Source of the DNA: Planctomycetota bacterium
GTDB taxonomy: Bacteria; Planctomycetota; Planctomycetia; Gemmatales; Gemmataceae
Direction: 5' to 3'
Assembly: GCA_016200155.1 (NCBI GenBank)
Contig: JACQFG010000310.1
Coordinates: 1-32,140 of the forward strand
Length of the DNA: 32,140 nt
Part shown: positions 7,820-16,445 of the stretch, piece after piece
Layout of the letters: each line of letters starts with the position of its first letter
Position numbering within the stretch: the first letter of the stretch is position 1
Notes under the pieces: generated by a model
Seen by the model: the letters and a program-made list of their open reading frames with translations, nothing else
The model's database searches: none
Told to the model about the DNA's origin: nothing
Position numbers and translations under genes: made by a program

Positions 7820-9124
7820 ATGCGTTTCCATCACGCCGCGTCCTTGCTGGTTGTGATCGCCGCCGCCGCCTTCTTGCCCGCTGGCGAGACCACGAAGCGG
7901 GTCACGGTCAATGACGGCGATCGCAACATCTATGTTCCCGTGGGCGACAAGAAGCAAGCGCCGCCCGCTCCCAAAGAGTTCGCGTTCGTGCTGTCGGACG
8001 GCTACGGCGAAGCGGATCGTCATTCGAGCGATCCCAAGGTCTTCGAGAATCTGCTGATCAACATGAGGAAGTCAGGATTCAACACGCTCCATTGCGTCTA
8101 CCGTGACTGGCGCGTGGAGTTGTGCCGCAAGCACAAGGTAAAGATGATGATCGATGTGCTCGCGTGGAAGGAGGGGGCCGAAATGGACATTCGCAAGCCA
8201 GAGCAACGCGCCGCCGTCAAGAAGATCTGCGAGGCGGTGCGCGGCAACGACGCCGTCTGGGGGTACAACCTCTGGAACGAGACGCTCTCATTCTTCGGCA
8301 ATCCCGACGGCAAGAACATCGATGCCTACTGCGAGATGCTCAAGGAGTGGGACCCGACCCATCCCATCTGGATCGGCACGCGCACGGTCTCCTACGCCAA
8401 TGCCCTCAAAAGTAAACCCGGCGTGCACGGATACTATGACTACCCCTGGCAGCGCGGCTTCAATTACCACTTCGCCGATCTGATGTGGTACTACAAGCAC
8501 GTCCCCAGCCAGGACGGCTTCATCGGCCGATGGGAGCAAGGGAGCAACTACAACTGGAATTCCTTTTCGCTGAATACGTCCATCGCGTTCGGCACCAAGG
8601 TCAACATCTGGTTCATCGGCGGCCCCTTCGACAAGGAGGGGAACGTCGACCCGAAGCACCGGTTCCATCACCTCGTGAAGATCGGCCAGGAAACGCAGAA
8701 GCTCTATCCGGAACTCGGCAAGTTCGGTCGGCCCACCGATGTGTTCTCGACGCCGACAACCAGGACGCACGACAACAAGGAGCGCGACAAGACCAAGGAC
8801 AAGAGCGGCCCCGTGCCGTGGAACTTGCCCGCGTTTCCCAAGGATTTCTGGTTCGAGGTCCGCACCGGCGAGGCGCTCGCAGGCTTCTTCCGCTATGAGA
8901 ACGGTGACGACGCCATTTTCATCGCCAACCACAATGCGTTCGCCAAACAGGACATGACCGTGGCGCTGGCGCCGTCGGCCGGCGCGAAGGCGCGAATCGA
9001 GATCTTCAGCCGTGAAACCGGCGTCTGGCGTGACCTCGTCCCTCGCGAGGGCATCTTTGCGTTCGAGGTGCGTCCGGGCGGCGGCGAACTCCTTCGCGTT
9101 CAAGGCCGGGCACGGGAAAAATGA
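7820..9124 (+). CDS. Secreted hypothetical protein, possibly a clan GH-A (TIM-barrel) glycoside hydrolase
   Basis: 434 aa with the signal-like N-terminus MRFHHAASLLVVIAAAAFL. The segment GFNTLHCVY...VKMMIDV...VWGYNLWNE resembles the beta4 NE(P) catalytic-acid region of GH5/GH42-like enzymes. The functional call is weak. Confidence 0.6.
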   Translation: MRFHHAASLLVVIAAAAFLPAGETTKRVTVNDGDRNIYVPVGDKKQAPPAPKEFAFVLSDGYGEADRHSSDPKVFENLLINMRKSGFNTLHCVYRDWRVELCRKHKVKMMIDVLAWKEGAEMDIRKPEQRAAVKKICEAVRGNDAVWGYNLWNETLSFFGNPDGKNIDAYCEMLKEWDPTHPIWIGTRTVSYANALKSKPGVHGYYDYPWQRGFNYHFADLMWYYKHVPSQDGFIGRWEQGSNYNWNSFSLNTSIAFGTKVNIWFIGGPFDKEGNVDPKHRFHHLVKIGQETQKLYPELGKFGRPTDVFSTPTTRTHDNKERDKTKDKSGPVPWNLPAFPKDFWFEVRTGEALAGFFRYENGDDAIFIANHNAFAKQDMTVALAPSAGAKARIEIFSRETGVWRDLVPREGIFAFEVRPGGGELLRVQGRAREK

Positions 9125-9609
9125 CGACGGCGGGACGCCCCCTGGGGACCTGGTGCCCCTGCTCATTGCCGCGACCTGAAAGATGGGTAACGTAAGCCAG
9201 CGATTACCTCGTCCACACATGCCCAAGAACCGCCTACGAACTCTTCGCTCCGTTCTTTGAGCAACCGCACAATGCCGATTGTCAGATGAATCTGTGCAGC
9301 ACACGCGAAACAGAACCAAGTCCTCAATCTAAGTAACGACATTTACTTTCTGCGGCTCCAACGTCGATGATGCCTTGCAAACCATGGATTTCACGCGGGC
9401 GGGCGTATATCTGCCCTTCGCTTGCAGTGTACGCAGGTGGGCTCTGCAGGGGCAGTGCTGCCCCCAATTCTTGTCCCCAAAAGTCGCTTCGTCTCCGGCA
9501 CTTTTTGTTTGGCGATTGTGGCGTGGCGCGGGATAATCCAATTATCCCCTGCCCACCGGGCTGACCGTGCTGGCCCTGGGTAGTGTCTCAGCTTGAGTAA
9601 ATTGGAACC

Positions 9610-9665
9610 GTAGAACGGAATTTATTCCGTTCGGGGCAGCGAGAACGGAATGAATTCCGTTCTAC
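9610..9665 (+). promoter_or_regulatory. Two tandem 20-22-bp palindromes (GAACGGAAT-N2-ATTCCGTTC), centres 30 bp apart; candidate operator pair or alternative hairpins
   Basis: GAACGGAAT TT ATTCCGTTC lies at 9613..9632 and AGAACGGAAT GA ATTCCGTTCT at 9642..9663. The outer GTAGAACGGAAT (9610..) can also pair with ATTCCGTTCTAC (..9665). The element ends 81 nt upstream of the ATG at 9746. Confidence 0.5.
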
Positions 9666-9745
9666 AACCTGGGCAGTCGAAGCAAACTGAGACATTACCT
9701 GGCCCTGCCTTTTTTTCCGGAACGACGCTCCAGGAGTACGCAACC

Positions 9746-12700
9746 ATGGAACAACTTGGTTCTCGCAAATCGCTCGTCGCAATGGCGCTTTTTTCCATTG
9801 GCTTCAGCGCGCTCGCGCCGTTGGTTGTGATTCCAGCAGGGGAGCGGAAGGGGCGTCCGGCGGATGACGTCAAGACCGAGGCGATCGTGCGCCAACGCTA
9901 CGCCATGGACCCGCCCCATCACTCCAAGGATCCGGCCGTCAAGATCGACTACGACATTGTCTACGTACGCGCGCCGCGCAATGCGTTCGTTTATCCCGAC
10001 GTCGGCACACCCACGCTCGTGGAACCCGGCGCCGATTTGATGCTGCTGCATCCCGATGGCAGTGAGGAGCTACTGGTCGAAGGCGGCAAACGCGGTTCGG
10101 TCGCCGATCCGTTCGTATCCTTTGACGGCAAGTCGGTTTACTATGCCTTCTTCTACGCCAATCACGGCGCCGACATCTACAAGATCCACGTACCGACGCG
10201 GAAAATCGTCCGTCTGACACACGACGGCGGTCAACCAGCGCCCGGAACACGCGGAGCGAACTACGCGGTGCACCAGGATTCGCAGGTCCATCTAATGACC
10301 ATGATGGGGCATCATCCGTCGGTGCGCGACGTCATCTACAACACCGGCCCCTGTCCCGTGCCAGGCAGCAAGGTGGTCTTCACAAGCAATCGCCATGGCT
10401 TCGTGCCGCGCATCGGCAGCTTCAGCTCGCATGCATTTCAGCTGACCGCAATGGACGATGACGGCCGCAACGTGGAAACGATCGGGCACTTGAATCTCGG
10501 TTGCGCGCTTCATCCGGTCATTCTGAAGGATGGCCGAATCATGTTCAGCTCGCTGGAGAACCAGGGAGTGCGCAGCACGCTGCACTGGTCGCTGTGGACC
10601 ATCCGTCCGGACGGCTCGCACTGGGACCCGCTGGTGAGCGATTTCGGCTGGGGCCTGCCGTCGTCGTTCCACTTCCAGACGCAGCGCAGCGATGGCCGCG
10701 TCGTGGCGGAGTTCTATTACAACGTCAACCAGGCGGGCTTTGGGACCTACGCTCAGTTTCCTGTCGCCGCGCCGAAGGGGACGCCGTTCTTCGGTCCGGG
10801 CGATCCCGATTCGCCGCGCAATCAGCCGTTGCGCATGCTTGCCGGAGGTGTCAAGGCGTTCCAGCTTCCGTTCAGTCCACACGGACTGGACATGCTGACG
10901 CCGTTCGCAAACGATGACGACAACCCGAGCACGCGTTCGGATCCGAAAGACCCGAAGTCGCCGAAGGTCGGCCGGGTGACGCATCCGTGCGGTGCACCGG
11001 ACAACCACGTGCTGACGGTGTGGGCGCCCGATCTCGATGTGAGCCGTGACGGCATCACCGGCGGCGTGCGGCGCGTGGCGAGCGACACCGGCATCTACCT
11101 GATCAAGGCCGGCGCGCCGGTCTATGAACCCGGCCAGATGCTGCTGATCAAGAACGATCCGAAATATCACGAGCAATGGCCGCGCCCGCTCGTGCCCTAC
11201 AAGCGTATTCACGGCATCGACGAGCCACAACGCTTGCCGCTGGTCGTCAACGACGGCAAACAGTCGCCGTACTTGCCCGAGGGAACGCCGTACGGTCTGA
11301 TCGGAACCTCCAGCCTGTACAAGCGCGAAAGCGCCACGGCGGGTAGTGTGCCGGACGGTAGCGTGACTGCCGTCACGCCAGCCAAGCGCGGACGGTACGG
11401 AAACAATCTGCGCGGCTGGGTTGACCAGGGCGCTGACGCCGGCATCTATGAGAACAGTGAAATCCACGCCATCCGGATCGTTTTGCAAGAGCCGAACGTT
11501 CGCGAAGATCAATGGCGTTTCTTCAGCCACGCTCATGAACGGATGCGCATCCTTGGCGAAATCCCCGTGCGCCATTTTGATCGTAGACCTCACGCTCCGC
11601 GTGAGGAAAAGCATCACGCGGAGCGTGATGCCTACGGTGGCCAACCGTTCGATCCCGACGGCAATCCGGACACCAGCTTCCTGGCAAAGATCCCCGCCGA
11701 TCATTCGTTCACGTTCCAAACGCTGGATAAGCATGGCCTCGTGCTCAATATGTCGCAGACGTGGCACCAGGTCCGTCCGGGCGAGGTTCGCAACGATTGC
11801 GGCGGTTGCCACGCCCACAGCCAGAAGCCGACCCTCTTTGAGCACACGGCGGCCGCCAAGTCGGACTACAAGATTTTCGATCTGACCAAGTCGACCCCGC
11901 TCATCACAGCCAAGGGGCACGACCAGTCGGGCAAGCAATGGGATGTCAAGGACGAGACGGGGCTGCGTTTTGAAAAGAATGTCAAGGACGTCGAATACTG
12001 GCGCGACGTGCGTCCCATCCTGCAGCGAAGTTGTGCCGCCTGCCACACCAAGACCGCGAAAGAACCGGCGGGCGGCCTGGTGCTCGACGACGACGAGAAG
12101 ATAGCCAGTGACGGTTATCGACAGCCGCGCGGCGTGCCGCGCACCTACCAAGAGCTGGCGCTCAACCCGCGTTACGTGAAAGAGCTGCAAGCGCGTTCGA
12201 GCATGTTGACCTGGCGCCTGTTCGGTCGAAGAATGGACGGCCATCCCGACGCGGCGCCGTTTACCACGAGCGGCAAGACGCCCGCCAAGCCGTTGAAGCT
12301 GACGCCCATGCCGCCACCCGAAGCAGTCGCGGGCACTTACGTCGGACCGGACAGCAAGAAAATCAAGGTTGCAGCGCTCTCCGACGAGGACCGCCGCACG
12401 CTGATCCGCTGGATCGACCTGGGCTGCTCGATCGACCTGCGTTTCGATCCGCAGCGCCCTGATCCGCGCACCAGTCCCTTCGCGGATCGAACGTTGCCGA
12501 CTTTGACCGTCGCCCTTCCGCGCGCCGGCGCCAACGGGGAACCGTTGACGCGCATCGTCGTCGGCATGGCGGACGCGGCCAGCGGGTTGGACATGTCCAG
12601 CTTCAGCGTGATTGCCGACTTCGACATCGACGGCCAGTCGGCGGGGCGTGAACTGGCATCCTACTTTCGGCCAACCTCGCCCGGCGTCTGGGAAATGCGC

Positions 12701-12805
12701 TTGAAATCGCCGCTGGCTGAGTTGGCGGGCGGCAAGCTAACGATTCAGGTCGCCGATCACGATCGCAATGTCGCGCGCATCGAAAGGACTTTTTCTATCA
12801 AATAA
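9746..12805 (+). CDS. Large secreted TolB/PD40-like beta-propeller protein with two C-terminal c-type haem motifs; possibly HzsA-related family
   Basis: ATG at 9746 follows AGGAG with a 9-nt spacer and gives the signal peptide MEQLGSRKSLVAMALFSIGFSALAPLVV. PD40-like segments include DPFVSFDGKSVYYAF and FSSLENQG. CGGCH lies at 11798..11812 and CAACH at 12032..12046. The track start at 9650 lies inside the palindrome. Confidence 0.8.
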   Translation: MEQLGSRKSLVAMALFSIGFSALAPLVVIPAGERKGRPADDVKTEAIVRQRYAMDPPHHSKDPAVKIDYDIVYVRAPRNAFVYPDVGTPTLVEPGADLMLLHPDGSEELLVEGGKRGSVADPFVSFDGKSVYYAFFYANHGADIYKIHVPTRKIVRLTHDGGQPAPGTRGANYAVHQDSQVHLMTMMGHHPSVRDVIYNTGPCPVPGSKVVFTSNRHGFVPRIGSFSSHAFQLTAMDDDGRNVETIGHLNLGCALHPVILKDGRIMFSSLENQGVRSTLHWSLWTIRPDGSHWDPLVSDFGWGLPSSFHFQTQRSDGRVVAEFYYNVNQAGFGTYAQFPVAAPKGTPFFGPGDPDSPRNQPLRMLAGGVKAFQLPFSPHGLDMLTPFANDDDNPSTRSDPKDPKSPKVGRVTHPCGAPDNHVLTVWAPDLDVSRDGITGGVRRVASDTGIYLIKAGAPVYEPGQMLLIKNDPKYHEQWPRPLVPYKRIHGIDEPQRLPLVVNDGKQSPYLPEGTPYGLIGTSSLYKRESATAGSVPDGSVTAVTPAKRGRYGNNLRGWVDQGADAGIYENSEIHAIRIVLQEPNVREDQWRFFSHAHERMRILGEIPVRHFDRRPHAPREEKHHAERDAYGGQPFDPDGNPDTSFLAKIPADHSFTFQTLDKHGLVLNMSQTWHQVRPGEVRNDCGGCHAHSQKPTLFEHTAAAKSDYKIFDLTKSTPLITAKGHDQSGKQWDVKDETGLRFEKNVKDVEYWRDVRPILQRSCAACHTKTAKEPAGGLVLDDDEKIASDGYRQPRGVPRTYQELALNPRYVKELQARSSMLTWRLFGRRMDGHPDAAPFTTSGKTPAKPLKLTPMPPPEAVAGTYVGPDSKKIKVAALSDEDRRTLIRWIDLGCSIDLRFDPQRPDPRTSPFADRTLPTLTVALPRAGANGEPLTRIVVGMADAASGLDMSSFSVIADFDIDGQSAGRELASYFRPTSPGVWEMRLKSPLAELAGGKLTIQVADHDRNVARIERTFSIK

Positions 12806-12913
12806 GGAACATTCGAACAATAACTTCCCGAAGTGGGGCCGCATCGCAACCTTCGCAGGGACAAGCGGTGTAATCGCCGAATCGGCCAACGCGCACGGTG
12901 GTTCAGGAGGTGT

Positions 12914-14254
12914 TTATTTTTCAGTCGTCGCGGCAACGACCCGGAAACCGACGCAGTCGCTGCGGTAAACCGGCACATGATAATCGCGAAAGGCACAGCG
13001 ACAGAATTTAGGCTGAGTGCTCCAGGCGCCGCCGCGTTGGACTCGTTCCTTGCCGGTGGTCGGACCTTGCGGATCCTGCTTGGGACTCTTGGTGTAGTAG
13101 CTTTCGTCATACCAATCCGAGCACCATTCCCAGACGTTGCCGTGCATGTCATGAAGGCCGAAGTCGTTGGCCTGGAAGCTGCCCACCGGGGACGTGAAGG
13201 GAAAGCCGTCGTTCCACTTCGTGGCCCAGAACGCATCCTTCCATTTCAATTGGAGCGTGGCGTCGGCAAGGTTGGCGACCGCTTGCAAATCGGCGTCCCT
13301 GGCGCCGGCGCTGAAGCGTGTCTTCGTGCCCGCCCGGCACGCGTATTCCCACTCGGCTTCGGTGGGCAAACGGTAAATCCTGCCTTCCTTTTTCGATAGC
13401 CAGGCACAGAATGCCATTGCATCGTTCCAGGAAACCACGGTCACGGGATGATCGTCGGTCTGGGTGAAATGCAGTTTCTTCCAGGTGAATTCCGGTTTTT
13501 GCACGAACTCCTTGCCATCGAAGGCCTTGCCCCCCTTGCCGTCCTTTTCCGCTTCCGTCTGGTAGTTCGTAGCCTTGATGAATGCCTTGAATTGACCGAC
13601 CGTCACCTCGTGCTTGGCAAGATAGAAATGTTGCGTGATCTCGACTTCATGCGGCAGCTCTTCGTCAAGGCGGTCCTCCTCACCTTTCGGCGAGCCCATC
13701 ACGAACTTGCCTGCGGGAATCAACAGCAGACTCATGTCAAGGGAGTTGACCTGTTTCCGCGGCACGAAGACAACCTCCCCCTCGAACCGGTCCACCAGGG
13801 CGAACCCCGTCGGCGGACCTTTGTAGGGAAAGCGCGTGACGCGGTGCTCTTGATTCCACACAACCCGCAGGACCTTCTCTGTAATCCGGGGAACGTCGAA
13901 CCGGATCGAGCCGGCTTCGCCCTTGGAGGGATGCCCCTGCACGGCCAAAATCATCTGCATGCTCCAGTCGATCTTTTCTAGCTTCAGAGCCCTGGCCAGC
14001 GCGGCCTCGGCTTCCTTCTGGGCCGCGGGATCCTTCGCGGAGTCCGGCTTGGCCGAATGCGCGACCAGCTCCTGAGCACTGCGGATCACCACGCCGCTGT
14101 CATCTTTCTTGAGCCGAATCAAATTCGGTTCCGTGTCGCTGGCGCTGGCAAGAATCTTCAGCTCCTTGGCGTCCTTCGGCGGCTGCCCGTGCAGTGACAT
14201 GGCTGCCAGGGCAACGACAACGCACACACCAGGAAAACTGAGGCCACGAGACAT
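12914..14254 (-). CDS. Formylglycine-generating-enzyme (SUMF1/FGE-sulfatase, PF03781-type) domain protein with an uncharacterised N-terminal domain
   Basis: Start at 14254 follows GGAGGTGGAG. A signal peptide is present. The C-terminal half carries LIPAGKFVMGSP, HPVTVVSWNDAMAFCAWLS, YRLPTEAEWEYACRAG, HGNVWEWCSDWY, RVQRGGAW and VGFRVV. Confidence 0.85.
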   Translation of the reverse strand: MSRGLSFPGVCVVVALAAMSLHGQPPKDAKELKILASASDTEPNLIRLKKDDSGVVIRSAQELVAHSAKPDSAKDPAAQKEAEAALARALKLEKIDWSMQMILAVQGHPSKGEAGSIRFDVPRITEKVLRVVWNQEHRVTRFPYKGPPTGFALVDRFEGEVVFVPRKQVNSLDMSLLLIPAGKFVMGSPKGEEDRLDEELPHEVEITQHFYLAKHEVTVGQFKAFIKATNYQTEAEKDGKGGKAFDGKEFVQKPEFTWKKLHFTQTDDHPVTVVSWNDAMAFCAWLSKKEGRIYRLPTEAEWEYACRAGTKTRFSAGARDADLQAVANLADATLQLKWKDAFWATKWNDGFPFTSPVGSFQANDFGLHDMHGNVWEWCSDWYDESYYTKSPKQDPQGPTTGKERVQRGGAWSTQPKFCRCAFRDYHVPVYRSDCVGFRVVAATTEK

Positions 14255-14286
14255 GACTCCACCTCCAGTGCTCAAATCAGATTTCT

Positions 14287-14350
14287 CGCAAAGGCGCAAA
14301 GGACGCAAAGAAATACACAATGCCCTCTTTGCGTCCTTTGCGCCTTTGCG
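14287..14350. repeat. Perfect 24-bp inverted repeat built from GCGCAAAG-type octamers (CGCAAAGGCGCAAAGGACGCAAAG / CTTTGCGTCCTTTGCGCCTTTGCG), 16-nt loop
   Basis: Arms at 14287..14310 and 14327..14350. The repeat sits between the stop of the 166-aa gene (14363) and the start of the FGE gene (14254). It is the same family as 29945..30038. Confidence 0.9.
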
Positions 14351-14362
14351 ATAAATATTTTG

Positions 14363-14863
14363 CTATTTACTCGACGCGAACTTCACCTCGCCATCGCAGC
14401 GTTCCACCAGGATCACGGCGATCGGGGTCCCAGGACCCGCATGGGGCGGGCGCGGTCGGACCTTCCAGGCAACCGTTAGCCGCCTGTCTTCGAGCTTGAT
14501 GGAATCGAAACGAACGGTATCCGCCTTGGTCCCTGGTTCGCCGCGCACGGCCAAAATCATGTGCTTGCTCCAGTCGATCGCGTCCACGCGCAGGAGCGCG
14601 GCCAGCTCCGCCTCGATTTTCTTCTGGACGCCGGCGTCCTTCGCGGAATCTGCCTTGCTCGACAGAGCGACGAGCTGTTCGGCGCTGCGGATCACGTAGC
14701 CGCCGGGAGCCTCCAGCATGACCGGCCCGATGCTGACCTCACGCGTACTGTCGTGAGCGCTGGCGATGATTTTCAACTCCCTGGCTTCGTCCGCATGCAC
14801 GGACGCAATGACGGCGCAGGCAAGCACACAGGAAGCGACGGCAAGTCGCGTACGGTAAATCAT
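14363..14863 (-). CDS. Secreted 166-aa protein, stand-alone paralogue of the N-terminal domain of the adjacent FGE-domain protein
   Basis: Start at 14863 follows GGAGGAG and gives the signal peptide MIYRTRLAVASCVLACAVIASVHA. It shares colinear blocks with residues about 30-170 of the 12914..14254 product: ELKI(I/L)ASA, VIRSA(E/Q)(Q/E)LVA, K(A/P)DSAKD, IDWS..MILAV.G.P, (T/S)(V/I)RFD and GEV.F. Confidence 0.75.
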   Translation of the reverse strand: MIYRTRLAVASCVLACAVIASVHADEARELKIIASAHDSTREVSIGPVMLEAPGGYVIRSAEQLVALSSKADSAKDAGVQKKIEAELAALLRVDAIDWSKHMILAVRGEPGTKADTVRFDSIKLEDRRLTVAWKVRPRPPHAGPGTPIAVILVERCDGEVKFASSK

Positions 14864-15002
14864 GAGTTCTCCTCCAAAGTCAAGAGCGCCACCCCGCCAA
14901 GGGCCGACGACGCTACGGTAATCGGACGCCGGCTTCGAAGCACCTTGGCAGGTATACGACTGGGGCGGGCCCAATCTAACACTCGATTGGTTCCGATCGC
15001 TA

Positions 15003-16418
15003 TTATTTCTTCGGTTCGTAGATGACCCAAACCGCGGGGCGGTCGCTGAGCGCAGCGGCCTCTCGGGAGTGGGCGCGCGGGAACCAATCGCCGGCGTCGC
15101 CGTGCAGCATGAAGCCATGATTGGCGTGTTTGCCGTCGATCCAGAAGCGGACCGCGTGGGTGAAATCCCAGGTATTCACCTTGCCCTGGCTCGGTCCGTG
15201 GGCCAGGTAGATCGGCAGGAAATCAGGATCGTCGCCGTAGTACATGCCGCCGATGGCTTTCCAGAACTTGTCTTTGGCATATTCGTAGGCATTCACTTCG
15301 TATTCTTCCCAGGGCCGATTGCACGGCTCCACCACCCACATGTTGGGCTGGTCGGGATTGTGCTCCTTGACGAACTTGTCATGATTTCGAATAACGACAA
15401 GCTTGGCCGCGAGGATCGTGGAGCCCTTGGGGATGCTGGCGAGGTCCACGCGCATCAGCGGGCTGCGGTGGCGCATGAAGATCTCATGGCTGGCCTGCTT
15501 GCCGATGTTGTCGGTCCGTTCCAGTGTCATGCCGTCCGGCCCGTGGCTCGACCAGTAAGCGTCCTTCCAGCCCGCGTACACCTTGTCGGGATGGGCCGGA
15601 TCGAAGCCCTTCTGGCCGTCGCGGAGAACGGCCAGTACCGCCGTGGGATGCTTCTTTTTCAGCTCGGCGTATTGCGTCCGCAGCTCGCCTTCGACCTGAT
15701 CCAGCGTCTTCATCTCGGGTTTGGTCCAGCGCGCCTTGAGTTGCTTGCCAAGGTCGCGCACGCCGGTGACAACCATGTCGGCGCCGTGTACCGTGAACTT
15801 GGTGGTTTCCGTCGGCGTCGCCTCCTTGACGGTGGACAGGCGGATGTTGTCCACATAGATCGTTTCCCCCTCATGGGGCGCGTACATGAAGATCTCGAAG
15901 CGGACGACCTTGCCCTGCTTGGTGTTGATCGAGTAGTTGTTCGAGTCGTGGATGGTGCCGGTGACCGTGTTCTTGCCGGGCTTCAGGAATGCGGTCTTGG
16001 TCCAGCGGCTGACAGTGGGATCCCAGCCGCCGCCGCGCAGGCTCCCCTCTTGCAACACGGTGAAGCCGATGAGGCAGTGCCGGCTGGCCGTCACGTCCGC
16101 CCGAAAAGTCCAGTAGGGCATCCAATCCGCGGGCACGTCGGTGGTGGTGATGGTCGGCCAGCGTCCCCCGGCGAAGGTGAGCTTCAGGCTTTGCTTGCCG
16201 CGCGTGGCGTTCTCGGCGGATAGCTCGATCTTGACCGGAGGCTCCTTTTGCTTGACGTCGGGCAGCTTCAGGTTCGACCAGACTTTGAGATCGGCGGCCT
16301 TCTCGAAATCGAACAGCAGCGTTTCCTTGGCCGCTGGCTGGGCCAGGGCAGCGCCTCCTATCAACAGGCTCACGGCCAGCAGGACGCCGATCAGGGCTTT
16401 CAGGTAGGTCATTGACAT
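15003..16418 (-). CDS. Secreted hypothetical protein (N-terminal CBM-like beta-sandwich; C-terminal region ending HANHGFMLHGD, DNRLRE-like)
   Basis: 471 aa. AAGGAG lies 9 nt upstream of the ATG at 16418. Signal peptide MSMTYLKALIGVLLAVSLLIGGAALA. No catalytic motif was recognised. Confidence 0.7.
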   Translation of the reverse strand: MSMTYLKALIGVLLAVSLLIGGAALAQPAAKETLLFDFEKAADLKVWSNLKLPDVKQKEPPVKIELSAENATRGKQSLKLTFAGGRWPTITTTDVPADWMPYWTFRADVTASRHCLIGFTVLQEGSLRGGGWDPTVSRWTKTAFLKPGKNTVTGTIHDSNNYSINTKQGKVVRFEIFMYAPHEGETIYVDNIRLSTVKEATPTETTKFTVHGADMVVTGVRDLGKQLKARWTKPEMKTLDQVEGELRTQYAELKKKHPTAVLAVLRDGQKGFDPAHPDKVYAGWKDAYWSSHGPDGMTLERTDNIGKQASHEIFMRHRSPLMRVDLASIPKGSTILAAKLVVIRNHDKFVKEHNPDQPNMWVVEPCNRPWEEYEVNAYEYAKDKFWKAIGGMYYGDDPDFLPIYLAHGPSQGKVNTWDFTHAVRFWIDGKHANHGFMLHGDAGDWFPRAHSREAAALSDRPAVWVIYEPKK

Positions 16419-16445
16419 GGCTTCACGCTCCTTGAAGATTTGCCC

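Noticed and set aside
9125-9609. A 485-nt gene-free stretch examined for ncRNA (tmRNA, RNase P, SRP, 6S) and for the hairpin GGGGCAG-TG-CTGCCCC at 9449..9464
   Set aside because: I recognised no conserved ncRNA signature. The hairpin has a 2-nt loop and no U-run, and the small ORFs there (9329..9541, 9367..9564) look non-coding. An Rfam scan would be needed.
9650-9745. ATG at 9650 as the start of the large dihaem protein
   Set aside because: This ATG lies inside the second palindrome (GGAATGAATTCC) and has no SD. The first 32 residues are non-signal-like. ATG at 9746 has AGGAG and yields a canonical signal peptide.
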